Shown here: one piece after another, positions 19,010 through 28,017 of the stretch | Position numbering within the stretch: position 1 is the first letter of the stretch | Layout: each line of letters opens with the position of its first letter | DNA from: Candidatus Latescibacterota bacterium | GTDB taxonomy: Bacteria > Latescibacterota > UBA2968 > UBA8231 | DNA: 64,000 bases | NCBI GenBank assembly: GCA_965217585.1 | Contig: OZ244561.1 | Coordinates: 1,984,001-2,048,000 of the forward strand | Reading direction: 5' to 3' | Program-made: the position numbers and the translations under genes | Notes under the pieces: generated by a model | Databases searched by the model: none | The model's input: only the letters and a program-made list of their open reading frames with translations | Told to the model about the DNA's origin: nothing

Positions 19010-19434
19010 GGCTCGTCCTCCGGGTGTGTGTCTCCTGTTTCCGTCAGGTTACTAGATGTGCGGTTGGGATCTATGCGCTCTTCAAGTTCCTTTATATGTG
19101 CTGCTATATGCTTTGTGTTCTTTTTTCGCAGTTTGTGCTCTCTTATAGCCCAAAGAGTTGTACCGCCCGTGAGCAGGTATAAAATACCCCTGTCAAGTTT
19201 TAAATCGGTAATAGCTTTGAGGGCAATATCTGTAGCAGTAGTTTTGCCCGCTAGGCTATCTACTATTAGATACAAGCAATAGAAACATGCAGCGATACCT
19301 CCCCAACGTATCAGCCCATTAAAAATCCCTCCAACAATGTCCCATTTTTTTGCGTACTTGGCCCATTCAAGTTCGGCATTAAGTCGTGACCTTTCTGAAG
19401 AATCTTCGCCCTTGCGACGACGGCCCTTCGCCAT
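19006..19434 (-). CDS. Hypothetical two-TM protein with a coiled-coil tail (AT-rich)
   Basis: AGGA RBS, two hydrophobic segments, tail ELEERIDPNRTSSNLTETGDTHPED. Confidence 0.7.
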   Translation of the reverse strand: MAKGRRRKGEDSSERSRLNAELEWAKYAKKWDIVGGIFNGLIRWGGIAACFYCLYLIVDSLAGKTTATDIALKAITDLKLDRGILYLLTGGTTLWAIREHKLRKKNTKHIAAHIKELEERIDPNRTSSNLTETGDTHPEDEP

Positions 19435-19515
19435 ATCTACTCCTAATTATAATATATATCATTAATAAATAATATGTTGGACTCTATCAACCCTGGGACG
19501 CTGTCTTACAGAAGC

Positions 19516-20409
19516 TCACCCCCCGACCAACCCCTGGTGGGCGTAGTGCCAGTCTTCAAGGTGGTTGAGCAGCACTCCTGAAGTCCACGTCGGGGGACGC
19601 TGCAAGGTGGCGTGGATTTCGGCCTGCTTGGCGGCGATGTGATCGCGTTCAAGCAGACGCTGGTTGAAGGCCGCTACAGCTTCTTTTTCGATAGTACCTT
19701 CCCGCCGCACCCAGTTCTCAAATGCGAGATAGGTCGGCATCTCCTCGCGGAGAAACGCAAGGGCTGCGTCCTGATCCACCTGCAAGGTCTGCAAGCAACG
19801 CTGGTCGAGGCTGCCTTCGGCGCAATCGGGGTAGTCGAGATGCAGCCAGCCCCTGGCGCGCAGGCAGGTCTTGAGCCACGTGCGCGGTAGCTGGCAGATA
19901 CCCAACGGGCCTCGGTCGATACTGCTGAGGGTAGGGGCCACAGGCCCAGGCAGGCCCGGGGCATCGAGAGTGAGGACGCGAGGGAAGACGCGGCGGTGAA
20001 AAAGGTGCCAGTCCTGTAGGCAGTTGAGCAGCACGGCCGATACTTCGGTCGCCTCCTCCTGCGACCAGCCTATATCCCCATAGGTCTCGTCGATTTTGGC
20101 CGGCATATAGTGGGCGCGCTGCACCAAGGACTTGTTCCAGCGCGCGATGCGATTGGACTCGTAGGTGCCTTCGGCGGTCACCCACTCCTCAAATTGTAGG
20201 TAGGTAGGCCGCTGGTCCCACAAAAAGTGCAAGGCGCGGTCCTGGTCAATGCGCAGCACCTCCAGCACGTATTTGTCGAGACCGCCGCTGCAAAAGGGAT
20301 AGTCCGCATCGAGCTGCCCGGCTTGGTGGAGGAGATTTTTCCACCACAGACGCGGTAGCTGGGCCACGCCTAGCGGGCCTTGACAGAGAGTGCTGACCAA
20401 TGGAATCAC
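19516..20409 (-). CDS. Tandem DUF5069-like domain protein
   Basis: Two internal repeats of GPLG..QLPR.W.K..L...DYP.C...LD...PTYL.FE.WV...VLLN.L.DWH. AAGGAG RBS. Confidence 0.65.
   Translation of the reverse strand: MIPLVSTLCQGPLGVAQLPRLWWKNLLHQAGQLDADYPFCSGGLDKYVLEVLRIDQDRALHFLWDQRPTYLQFEEWVTAEGTYESNRIARWNKSLVQRAHYMPAKIDETYGDIGWSQEEATEVSAVLLNCLQDWHLFHRRVFPRVLTLDAPGLPGPVAPTLSSIDRGPLGICQLPRTWLKTCLRARGWLHLDYPDCAEGSLDQRCLQTLQVDQDAALAFLREEMPTYLAFENWVRREGTIEKEAVAAFNQRLLERDHIAAKQAEIHATLQRPPTWTSGVLLNHLEDWHYAHQGLVGG
19529..19575 (-). repeat. 47-bp direct repeat, in-gene copy
   Basis: Matches 18163-18209. Confidence 0.9.
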
Positions 20410-20421
20410 AATTTGCTCCTT

Positions 20422-21276
20422 TCAGGTGGCCGCCAACTCAAACAGCGGTGCGTTCCCCTCGGCACGGACCCGCAAGTCCTCCACTTCGGCGGTCGTGATG
20501 GGCGCGAGGCGGTCGGCCATGTCCAAGGCCATTTCAAAGAGAGGGACTTCACCGGGCGGCAGGGCGGCAGTGATGGGCTGCGATAGGGCGAAGCGCAGGG
20601 CTAGTTCGGCTAGTTCTGGCTCGTCAATGGGATCGTACCAGCATTTGGCGTAGCGTTTGGGTGCTCCTTGGGGTAGGCGCGAGCGGGCCATGGCTTTGAG
20701 GGCTAGGCAGGCGGTGCCGCGCTCCTGCGCCTTGGCCACAACTTGAGGGCCGAAGTCGGCCTGGAAGTAATTGACCCAGTTGACGGGGAAGAGCACCGAG
20801 TCAAAGGGGAAATAGTCCAACAGTTGCAAGGCGATTTCAGCCGAGTGAGCCGAAAAACCTAGATAGCGCACCAAGCCTTGATCGCGGGCCTCCACGAACG
20901 CCGCCAAGGCTCCGTCGGGGGCAGTAGCTGCGGCGAAATCCTCTTCTGTGGTCATGGCGTGCAATTGGTACAGGTCGAAGTGGTCGGTGCGCATGGTTTT
21001 GAGGGATTGGCGCAACTCTGCGGCGGCCCCGGCCTGCGTGCGCTGGGTCGTCTTACAGGCCAAGAATACCTCGTTGCGATACGGTTCCAAAGCTGGCCCT
21101 AGACGCTCCTCGGCATTGCCGTAGGACGGAGCCACGTCAAAGTAATTAACGCCGCGCTCGACAGCTCGTCCCACCAAGCGGGCGGCCTCAGCCGCTTCCA
21201 CTTGGCTGACGACGATGCCGCCGAAGCCGATTACGGAAAGGTGTTCACCCGTGGTGCCGTAGGGACGTCGCTGCAT
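20422..21276 (-). CDS. Aldo/keto reductase
   Basis: GVNYFDVAPSYG, FLACKT, DHFDLYQLH and YLGFSAH motifs. Confidence 0.9.
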   Translation of the reverse strand: MQRRPYGTTGEHLSVIGFGGIVVSQVEAAEAARLVGRAVERGVNYFDVAPSYGNAEERLGPALEPYRNEVFLACKTTQRTQAGAAAELRQSLKTMRTDHFDLYQLHAMTTEEDFAAATAPDGALAAFVEARDQGLVRYLGFSAHSAEIALQLLDYFPFDSVLFPVNWVNYFQADFGPQVVAKAQERGTACLALKAMARSRLPQGAPKRYAKCWYDPIDEPELAELALRFALSQPITAALPPGEVPLFEMALDMADRLAPITTAEVEDLRVRAEGNAPLFELAAT

Positions 21277-21324
21277 GGATATTCTCCTATTTTCCTGTGG
21301 AATAGATGCGTTATTGTAGGCAAC

Positions 21325-22473
21325 CTACTCAAACACCGTTTCGCCGCACTTGTGCCCTTCAATGTAATCCCAATCCATCTCCACGCCCAAACCCGGCCCC
21401 TGCGGCACGGGCACGTGGCCTTGGGCATCGACGTTTCCCAGTTCGTCGGTGAATTCGGGGGGATAGACGGGCGGCTTGGTGTTTTTGACTAGAGGATGGA
21501 GCAGGCCCAATTCATAGTAATTGGTGTTGCGGATGGCGGCAATGCAGTGGCGGTGCGCCAAGCCGCCGCCGTGGAACTCGCAGTCGAGACCAAAGCCCTC
21601 GGCCGCGTGGGCGACCTTCATCGCACCGGTGATGCCGCCGTCCTCAAACGTGCCGACGCGGACAAAGTCGGTGCCGCCATGAGCAATGAAGTCCACGTGC
21701 TGTTCGAGACCAAAGATATGCTCGGTCTGCAGAAGCGGCGTCTTGAGCAATTCGCGGAGCTTCTTGTGGGCAAAAATCGAGACGCCGCCGTCCTTATAGG
21801 GATCTTCGAGCCAGAAGTAGCCCGCCTCGTCGCAGGCGCGACCCACGCGCAGGGCGTCGGCCCACGTCTCGTATTCGCAGGCCGGGTCAATCATCAGGTC
21901 CATGCGGTCGCCGACGCGCTCGCCAACTGCGAGGACATTGGCCACCTCGCGAGCGATGGGGGCGTTGCCCCAGCCGTGGATCTTGAACGCGGGGTAGCCG
22001 ATCGCCGCGCACTGCTCGGCGAAGTCGGCAAAGGCTTCCGGAGTGCTCAGGCCGCCGTTCTCGTCGCCGTGATAAGTCGAAGCATAGGCGGGGATGGTCT
22101 TTCTCCAGCCGCCCAAAAGCTGCCAGATAGGCGCGTCGTACACCTTACCAGCAAAATCCCAGAGCGCCACGTCAACGGCGCAGATGTCGGTGCGGGCGGA
22201 GTGGCGCAGACCGCGCTTGATATCGTTGTACATCCGCTCGCGGGCAAACGGATTGCGGCCGAGAAGATAGCGGGCGACGTTTTCGGGGACTGGTCGGCCG
22301 AGGCACTCGCCGGTGACGCCAATACTGGTGTGGATGCGTACCACGCACTGCGTCATCGGCAGCGTCGCGCCCTTCTCGTAAACCTGATTAAAACCGTTGT
22401 AGTCGGTGCCCATGTTTTCGATCTGATGGGCGAAGTAAATATTTTCGATCTTGGTGATTTTGGGGTCGGACAT
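21325..22473 (-). CDS. Mandelate racemase/muconate lactonizing enzyme family (enolase superfamily)
   Basis: VDVALWD, AYAST, FKIH, LMID, WLEDP, TE, GGITGAMK and VPQGPGLGVE motifs. Confidence 0.9.
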   Translation of the reverse strand: MSDPKITKIENIYFAHQIENMGTDYNGFNQVYEKGATLPMTQCVVRIHTSIGVTGECLGRPVPENVARYLLGRNPFARERMYNDIKRGLRHSARTDICAVDVALWDFAGKVYDAPIWQLLGGWRKTIPAYASTYHGDENGGLSTPEAFADFAEQCAAIGYPAFKIHGWGNAPIAREVANVLAVGERVGDRMDLMIDPACEYETWADALRVGRACDEAGYFWLEDPYKDGGVSIFAHKKLRELLKTPLLQTEHIFGLEQHVDFIAHGGTDFVRVGTFEDGGITGAMKVAHAAEGFGLDCEFHGGGLAHRHCIAAIRNTNYYELGLLHPLVKNTKPPVYPPEFTDELGNVDAQGHVPVPQGPGLGVEMDWDYIEGHKCGETVFE

Positions 22474-22555
22474 AGCGTCTCCTCTCAGATAAGGACCGTA
22501 AAATTAGACAAACCCGTATTGATTTTAAACTCCAATAGCGATGAACACGGCCCCG

Positions 22556-25183
22556 TCAATAGGTGACCGCCACAGTGCGCAGAACGGTCTTGTCCTCGAC
22601 CTGGGCTCCCGCCGTATTGGTACGAATGTCCAAGCGCACGCAGTACAGGCCCGGCGGCACCAAGTCTCCGCCCTCGTCCCGTCCATCCCAGCCAATTTCA
22701 TACGAGCCGGCGCTTAGGGCCCGCCGTTCGCCGAGGACGCGCACCCGGCGGCCATCGAGCTGGTAAACCGCGGCCTCCACCGGACTATCGTCTTCCACCC
22801 TCACTACTTTGAAAAGGAAAAATGTCCGGTCGTTGATTCCGTCCCCATTGGGCGAAAACACCGCGGGGCGCACGGCCACATCCGTGAGCAGAGCTTGGGC
22901 CTCAAAAGAACTAATCACAGTAGTGGTATTGCCGGGGATATGCACCAGCACATCGCCTGGGTCAACCCGCTGCCAAGTACCTCCGTCGGCCGCATCGCTG
23001 TTGCGCAGGGCCACCTGCAAGACGGCACCCGTGGCAAAGAGAGCGGCGGTAAAGTCGAGCCGCAGAATCTCTATCGCGCTGTCGGGTCCAATGCTGGGGA
23101 AGCGCACTAGCAGCGAGTCTGGTGCCGTCGGCACCACTTCTACGTGTTCCAGCGCTGGCACCCCGTCTGCCTCTGCGTTGAACTCATCCGCCCGCCCACC
23201 AAAAACCCCACCTAAGCTCAGCGCCATATTGGCCGGGGCAGTGAGGAGCAACTCGTCAAAGCCGGGATCTAGGCGTTCAAAGTGGGGCTGCACATAGAGC
23301 GAAAAGGGGCGCTCGACGCCGAGCCGGTCCACCCGGAAGGGCGCGATCTCCGCCCGCAAGCTCTGCGCCACGGGGTCGGCGAAATGGAGCCGGATCGAAC
23401 GCAGGGTCGGCGTGAGATCCGGGTCGGCCGACAGCAAGGTCGCCCGAATTGTGAGGAATTCTCGCGGTGACGGCGAGGTAACAGGGCTGCCCTCAGCCCG
23501 GGCATATGGCTCGCTCCAGTCGCCCCAGTCGCCCAGAGGCACTTCCTCGGCGACGATATCGCCCTTGAAGATCGACAGCAGTTTGCCGTACTGCTCTTCG
23601 GTCACTTCCGTGCCATCGTTTTTGAAGTAGTGGAGTACTTGGCCCAACTCGTCGCCGGTGCGAGTTTGGATCAGGACGCGCGTGCCCGGTGGCTCGTCGG
23701 CGTCCCACTCAATGGCGTGCAGATTGCGGCTGCCGCCCAACCGGATCAGGTCGGATTCTAGGCTCACTTCCGGCTGGAAACCCTCCCCGTAGAACTGCAT
23801 CTCCGCCATGGTGGCGATTTGGGTACCGATCCGCTCCATGTTCCACTGAATGCGAGCGAAGCGTGCTTTGATCGGCTCGAATTGGGTGCCTTCAAGGCGG
23901 GCTTTCGGTGCCCTGCCGTAAAAGGTTTGACCCTGGTCCAAGGTGGCCCGGGTGATCCATTTGAGTTTGCCATTAGCGGCTAGGGAGCCGTCGGAAAAGT
24001 CGAGCCGATAGTTGCGAAAAGAGCCGAAACGCCCCCCTCCGAGGCCGCTATAAGCCAGCCGATAGGTATCGATCCAGTAAAAAGCCCCTAGATCAAAGAC
24101 CAACTCCTTTACGGGATCGGGCACCGCGGATTCGACGCCGAAGTAGATGCCGCTGAAACTGTCCAAGTCGCCATCGACCAAACTCTTAAGGGCTAAGGTC
24201 TGCGCGGCCGTAGTGGCAATGGTGCCGCCGCGGTCCAGTAGGCCGGCGACGAGCTCGTCCCCTTCGTTCCACACCTCTAATTCGGCTAGGCGGGGCCGCT
24301 CCCGGCGGAAGTAGCGGATGCGGCCCTGACGCTCCTCGTCGAGGAGCTCGTATACTCTTTGCGCGACGGGCATCTCGCGGCCGTCTAATTGCCGCTTGAG
24401 GTACTGGATGGCTCCCTGATCCGCGGTCAGTGCTTCGTACTCCGCACGGGTGATTTCCATGCCCAACGATCCATCGGTACCCGTCACCATAACCTGTACA
24501 AAGCGCACAGGGGCTGCTTCTATTGTGGGTTCCCGTTTAGTCAAGTCAACTTCAAAGACCCGCTGGCTCTTGTTTCTGCTCAAAGTGCGCAGCACAGTCT
24601 CAAAGGCGCGCGCTCCGCTCCCCTTTACGCGACTCGGTTCACGGCCGTTAGAGACTAGAACATCAAAGAGGAGAAAGGGGTCGCCTAGGCCCTCCTCGAC
24701 AAAGCGCACGACGAGTTTCTTGGCGAAGACTAAGCGGCCTAGATCGACGATAAACCACCACTGCAAGGCCAGATCGACCTCGTCGCTGGGGGGGGCAGGT
24801 TCCCAATAGGTGGTCATATCGCCGTCGAAGACCTTGGCCACATCGGCGACATTAGAGCGACCCTCAATAGCGTCGGCCAAGGTGATTGTCTCGGGATCCT
24901 TGTCGCCTAGTGAGGCGGGAGGATTGAAGCGCAGGTAGTCGACGATATCTAAGGCCGCATTGGTATTTTTCTCAATGCGCCGAGCCTGTACCACTCCCTC
25001 GGGAGAAATGACCAGGGTTCCGGGGGGAAAGGTCCAGTTTTGCCAGTGGTTGCGGCTATTTACGACGACCTGATTGTCTCTGATCCGGTGGCCGGCGTTC
25101 TGGGTCCAGACCGCTTGGATATCGGTCAGTACTAGGACTAACCCGATGGGGCTTGCGAATAGGAGGCGTCCAAATCCCGTCAT
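22556..25183 (-). CDS. Exported ~875-aa protein with discoidin/F5-8-like beta-sandwiches and a C-terminal FlgD-Ig domain (paralogue A)
   Basis: Signal peptide; FDGD.TTYW, VDLGR, FDLGAFYWID and AEMQFYG motifs; tail FSPNGDGIND...GRRVR...WDGRD..G.LVPPGLY. Confidence 0.75.
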   Translation of the reverse strand: MTGFGRLLFASPIGLVLVLTDIQAVWTQNAGHRIRDNQVVVNSRNHWQNWTFPPGTLVISPEGVVQARRIEKNTNAALDIVDYLRFNPPASLGDKDPETITLADAIEGRSNVADVAKVFDGDMTTYWEPAPPSDEVDLALQWWFIVDLGRLVFAKKLVVRFVEEGLGDPFLLFDVLVSNGREPSRVKGSGARAFETVLRTLSRNKSQRVFEVDLTKREPTIEAAPVRFVQVMVTGTDGSLGMEITRAEYEALTADQGAIQYLKRQLDGREMPVAQRVYELLDEERQGRIRYFRRERPRLAELEVWNEGDELVAGLLDRGGTIATTAAQTLALKSLVDGDLDSFSGIYFGVESAVPDPVKELVFDLGAFYWIDTYRLAYSGLGGGRFGSFRNYRLDFSDGSLAANGKLKWITRATLDQGQTFYGRAPKARLEGTQFEPIKARFARIQWNMERIGTQIATMAEMQFYGEGFQPEVSLESDLIRLGGSRNLHAIEWDADEPPGTRVLIQTRTGDELGQVLHYFKNDGTEVTEEQYGKLLSIFKGDIVAEEVPLGDWGDWSEPYARAEGSPVTSPSPREFLTIRATLLSADPDLTPTLRSIRLHFADPVAQSLRAEIAPFRVDRLGVERPFSLYVQPHFERLDPGFDELLLTAPANMALSLGGVFGGRADEFNAEADGVPALEHVEVVPTAPDSLLVRFPSIGPDSAIEILRLDFTAALFATGAVLQVALRNSDAADGGTWQRVDPGDVLVHIPGNTTTVISSFEAQALLTDVAVRPAVFSPNGDGINDRTFFLFKVVRVEDDSPVEAAVYQLDGRRVRVLGERRALSAGSYEIGWDGRDEGGDLVPPGLYCVRLDIRTNTAGAQVEDKTVLRTVAVTY

Positions 25184-25211
25184 ATGGATGCCTTTTGCAA
25201 AAGGGAATTAT

Positions 25212-25239
25212 ATGATAGGGGACAAAAAGAGACTGTCAA
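25212..25239 (-). promoter_or_regulatory. Possible sigma70 promoter for paralogue A
   Basis: Minus strand TTGACA (25234-25239), 16-bp spacer, TATCAT (25212-25217). A TGATAATTA-N6-TAATTATCA inverted repeat lies just upstream (25255-25278). Confidence 0.45.
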
Positions 25240-25353
25240 CTTCTAGAAATTAGGTGATAATTAAACCAATAATTATCAACCCTTGGTCACTTTTCTCTGA
25301 GTTGAAGACTCGATTAGCACGGCGAGGTTTTATAGGCGATGAACACGGCCCCG

Positions 25354-27996
25354 TCAATAGGTGACCGCCACAGTGCGCAGAACGGTCTTGTCCTCGACCT
25401 GGGCTCCCGCCGTATTGGTGCGAATGTCCAAGCGCACGCAGTACAGGCCCGGAGGCACCAAGTCTCCGCCCTCGTCCCGTCCATCCCAGCCAATTTCATA
25501 CGAGCCGGCGCTCAGGGCCCGCCGTTCACCGAGGACGCGCACCCGGCGGCCATCGAGCTGGTAAACCGCGGCCTCTACCGGACTATCGTCTTCCACCCTC
25601 ACTACTTTGAAAAGGAAAAAAGTCCGGTCGTTGATCCCGTCCCCATTGGGCGAAAACACCGCGGGGCGCACGGCCACATCCGTGAGCAGGGCTTGGGCCT
25701 CAAAGGAACTAACCACAGTAGTGGTATTGCCGGGGATATGCGCCAGCACATCGCCTGGGTCAACCCGCTGCCAAGTACCTCCGTCGGCCGCATCGCTGTT
25801 GCGCAGGGCCACCTGCAAGACGGCACCCGTGGCAAAAAGGGCGGCGGTAAAATCGAGCCGCAGAATCTCCATCGCGCTGTCGGGTCCAATGCTGGGGAAG
25901 CGCACGAGCAGCGAGTCCGGTGCCGTCGGCACCACCTCCACGTGTTCCAGCGCTGGCACCCCGTCTGCCTCTGCGTTGAACTCATCCGCCCGCCCGCCAA
26001 AAACCCCGCCTAGGCTCAGCGCCATATTGGCCGGGGCGGTGAGGAGCAACTCGTCAAAGCCGGGGTCTAGGCGTTCAAAGTGGGGCTGCACATAGAACGA
26101 AAAGGGGCGCTCGACGCCGAGTCGGTCCACCTGAAAGGGCGCGATCTCCCCCCGCAAACTCTGCGCCACGGGGTCGGAAAAGTAGAGCCGGATCGAGCGC
26201 AGTGTCGGACTGAGACCCGGGTCGGCCGACAGCAAAGTCGCCCGGACCTTGAGGAATCTCCGTGGCGACGGCGAGGTAATAGGGCTACCCTCGGCCCGGG
26301 CATATGACTCGCTCCAATCGCTCCAGTCGCCTTTGGGCACTTCCTCGGCGACGATATCGCCCTTAAAGATCGACAGCAGCTTGCCGTACTGCTCCTCGGT
26401 CACTTCCGTGCCGTCGTTTTTGAAGTAGTGGAGTTTTTGACCCAACTCGTCGCCGGTGCGAGTCTGGATCAGGATTCGCGTGCCCGGTGGCTCGTCGGCG
26501 TCCCACTCAATGGCGTGCAGGTTGCGGCTGCCGCCCAGCCGGATCAGGTCGGATTCTAGGCTCACTTCCGGCTGGAAACCCGCTCCGTAGAACTGCATCT
26601 CCGCCATCGTAGCAAGCCGAATCCCGATGGGCTCTACGGTCCATTGAATGCGACCGAAGCGCGCTTTGATCGGCTCGAACTGCGCACTTTCAAATCGAAT
26701 TTTGAACGCTCTCAAGGCGTCCCTCGACAAGCCTCGGGGGGCCGTGCCTTTCTTGGTCGCTTTGGTGGTCCACTCGAGGCTGCCGTCGGGGGCCGGCGAG
26801 CCGTCCGAAAAATCCATCCGATATCTGGGAAAGGCTCCAAAACGGGCATCGCAGAATCCGCAATAGGCCAGCAGATAGGTATCGATCCAGTAAAAAGCAC
26901 CCAGATCGAAGACCAGTTCCTTTTCAGGATCGGCTACGGCGGCCGCGGCCCCGTAAAAAATGCCGGCAAAACTCTGCAGGTCGCCATCGATAAAACTTCG
27001 CAAGGGCAGGGTTTGGGTCGCCGAAGTGGAGATTGCGCCGCCGCGGTCCAAGATGCCGGCGACGAGTTCATCGCCCTTGTTCCACACCTCCAATTCGGCT
27101 AGGCGGGGCCGCTCCCGGCGGAAGTAGCGGATGCGGCCCCGGCGCTCCTCGTCGAGGAGCTCGTACACCTTTTGCGCGACGGGCACCTCGCGGCCGTCCA
27201 ACTGCCGCTTGAGGTACTGCACGGCACCCCGACCCTCGGCCAGTGCTTCGTACTCCGCGCGGGTGATTTCCGCGCCCAGCGGTCCATCAGTGTCCGTCAC
27301 CAGAAGCTGCACAAAGCGCACGGGTGACCCCTCTGGCGCGGAGGCTTGCCGGATCAGGTCAACTTCAAAGACCCGCTGGCTCTTGTTTCTGCTCAAAGTG
27401 CGCAGGACAACCTCATAGGCGCGACTTCCGCTCCCCTGCAAGCGTGCGGGCTTGAGGCCATCGGAGAAGAGGACTTCAAAGAGGAGAAAAGGATCGCCCA
27501 AGCCCTCCTCGACAAAGCGCACGACTAGTTTATTGGCGAAGACCAAGCGGCCCAGATCGACGACAAACCACCACTGCGAGGCCAGATCGATCTCATCGCT
27601 GGGGGGGGCAGGTTCCCAATAGGTCGTCATATCGCCATCGAATACCTTGGCTACGTCGGCGACATTAGAGCCGCCCCCAATAGCGTCGGCCAAGGCGATT
27701 GTCTCGGGAGCCTTGTCGCCTAGCGAGGCGGGGGGATTGAAGCGCAGGTAATCGACGATATCTAAGGCCGCATTGGTATTTTTCTCAATGCGCCGAGTCT
27801 GCACCGCGCCCTCGGGAGAAATAGCTAGGGTTCTGTGGGGAAAGGTCCAGTTTTGCCAGTGGTTGCGACTGTTTATGACGACCTGATTGTCTCTGACTCG
27901 GTGGCCGGCGTTTTGGGCCCAGACCTCTTGGATATCGGTCAGTACTAGGACTAACCCGATGGGGCTTGCGGACAGGAGGCGTCCAAATCCCGTCAT
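25354..27996 (-). CDS. Exported ~880-aa FlgD-Ig-tailed protein (paralogue B)
   Basis: Collinear with 22556-25183; C-terminal ~400 aa nearly identical. Confidence 0.75.
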   Translation of the reverse strand: MTGFGRLLSASPIGLVLVLTDIQEVWAQNAGHRVRDNQVVINSRNHWQNWTFPHRTLAISPEGAVQTRRIEKNTNAALDIVDYLRFNPPASLGDKAPETIALADAIGGGSNVADVAKVFDGDMTTYWEPAPPSDEIDLASQWWFVVDLGRLVFANKLVVRFVEEGLGDPFLLFEVLFSDGLKPARLQGSGSRAYEVVLRTLSRNKSQRVFEVDLIRQASAPEGSPVRFVQLLVTDTDGPLGAEITRAEYEALAEGRGAVQYLKRQLDGREVPVAQKVYELLDEERRGRIRYFRRERPRLAELEVWNKGDELVAGILDRGGAISTSATQTLPLRSFIDGDLQSFAGIFYGAAAAVADPEKELVFDLGAFYWIDTYLLAYCGFCDARFGAFPRYRMDFSDGSPAPDGSLEWTTKATKKGTAPRGLSRDALRAFKIRFESAQFEPIKARFGRIQWTVEPIGIRLATMAEMQFYGAGFQPEVSLESDLIRLGGSRNLHAIEWDADEPPGTRILIQTRTGDELGQKLHYFKNDGTEVTEEQYGKLLSIFKGDIVAEEVPKGDWSDWSESYARAEGSPITSPSPRRFLKVRATLLSADPGLSPTLRSIRLYFSDPVAQSLRGEIAPFQVDRLGVERPFSFYVQPHFERLDPGFDELLLTAPANMALSLGGVFGGRADEFNAEADGVPALEHVEVVPTAPDSLLVRFPSIGPDSAMEILRLDFTAALFATGAVLQVALRNSDAADGGTWQRVDPGDVLAHIPGNTTTVVSSFEAQALLTDVAVRPAVFSPNGDGINDRTFFLFKVVRVEDDSPVEAAVYQLDGRRVRVLGERRALSAGSYEIGWDGRDEGGDLVPPGLYCVRLDIRTNTAGAQVEDKTVLRTVAVTY

Positions 27997-28017
27997 GTGG
28001 ATGCCTTGTGCAAAATG

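Noticed and set aside
5362-19575. Duplicated gene 3' ends as DGR template/variable repeats
   Set aside because: Mismatches are not adenine-specific (e.g. C/T, C/G, G/T), many are synonymous, and there is no reverse transcriptase in the window.
21496-22566. Long antisense ORFs (also 10343-11362, 33206-34357, 59027-59983, 60364-61356)
   Set aside because: Shadow frames opposite well-supported genes in GC-rich DNA, with no recognisable motifs.
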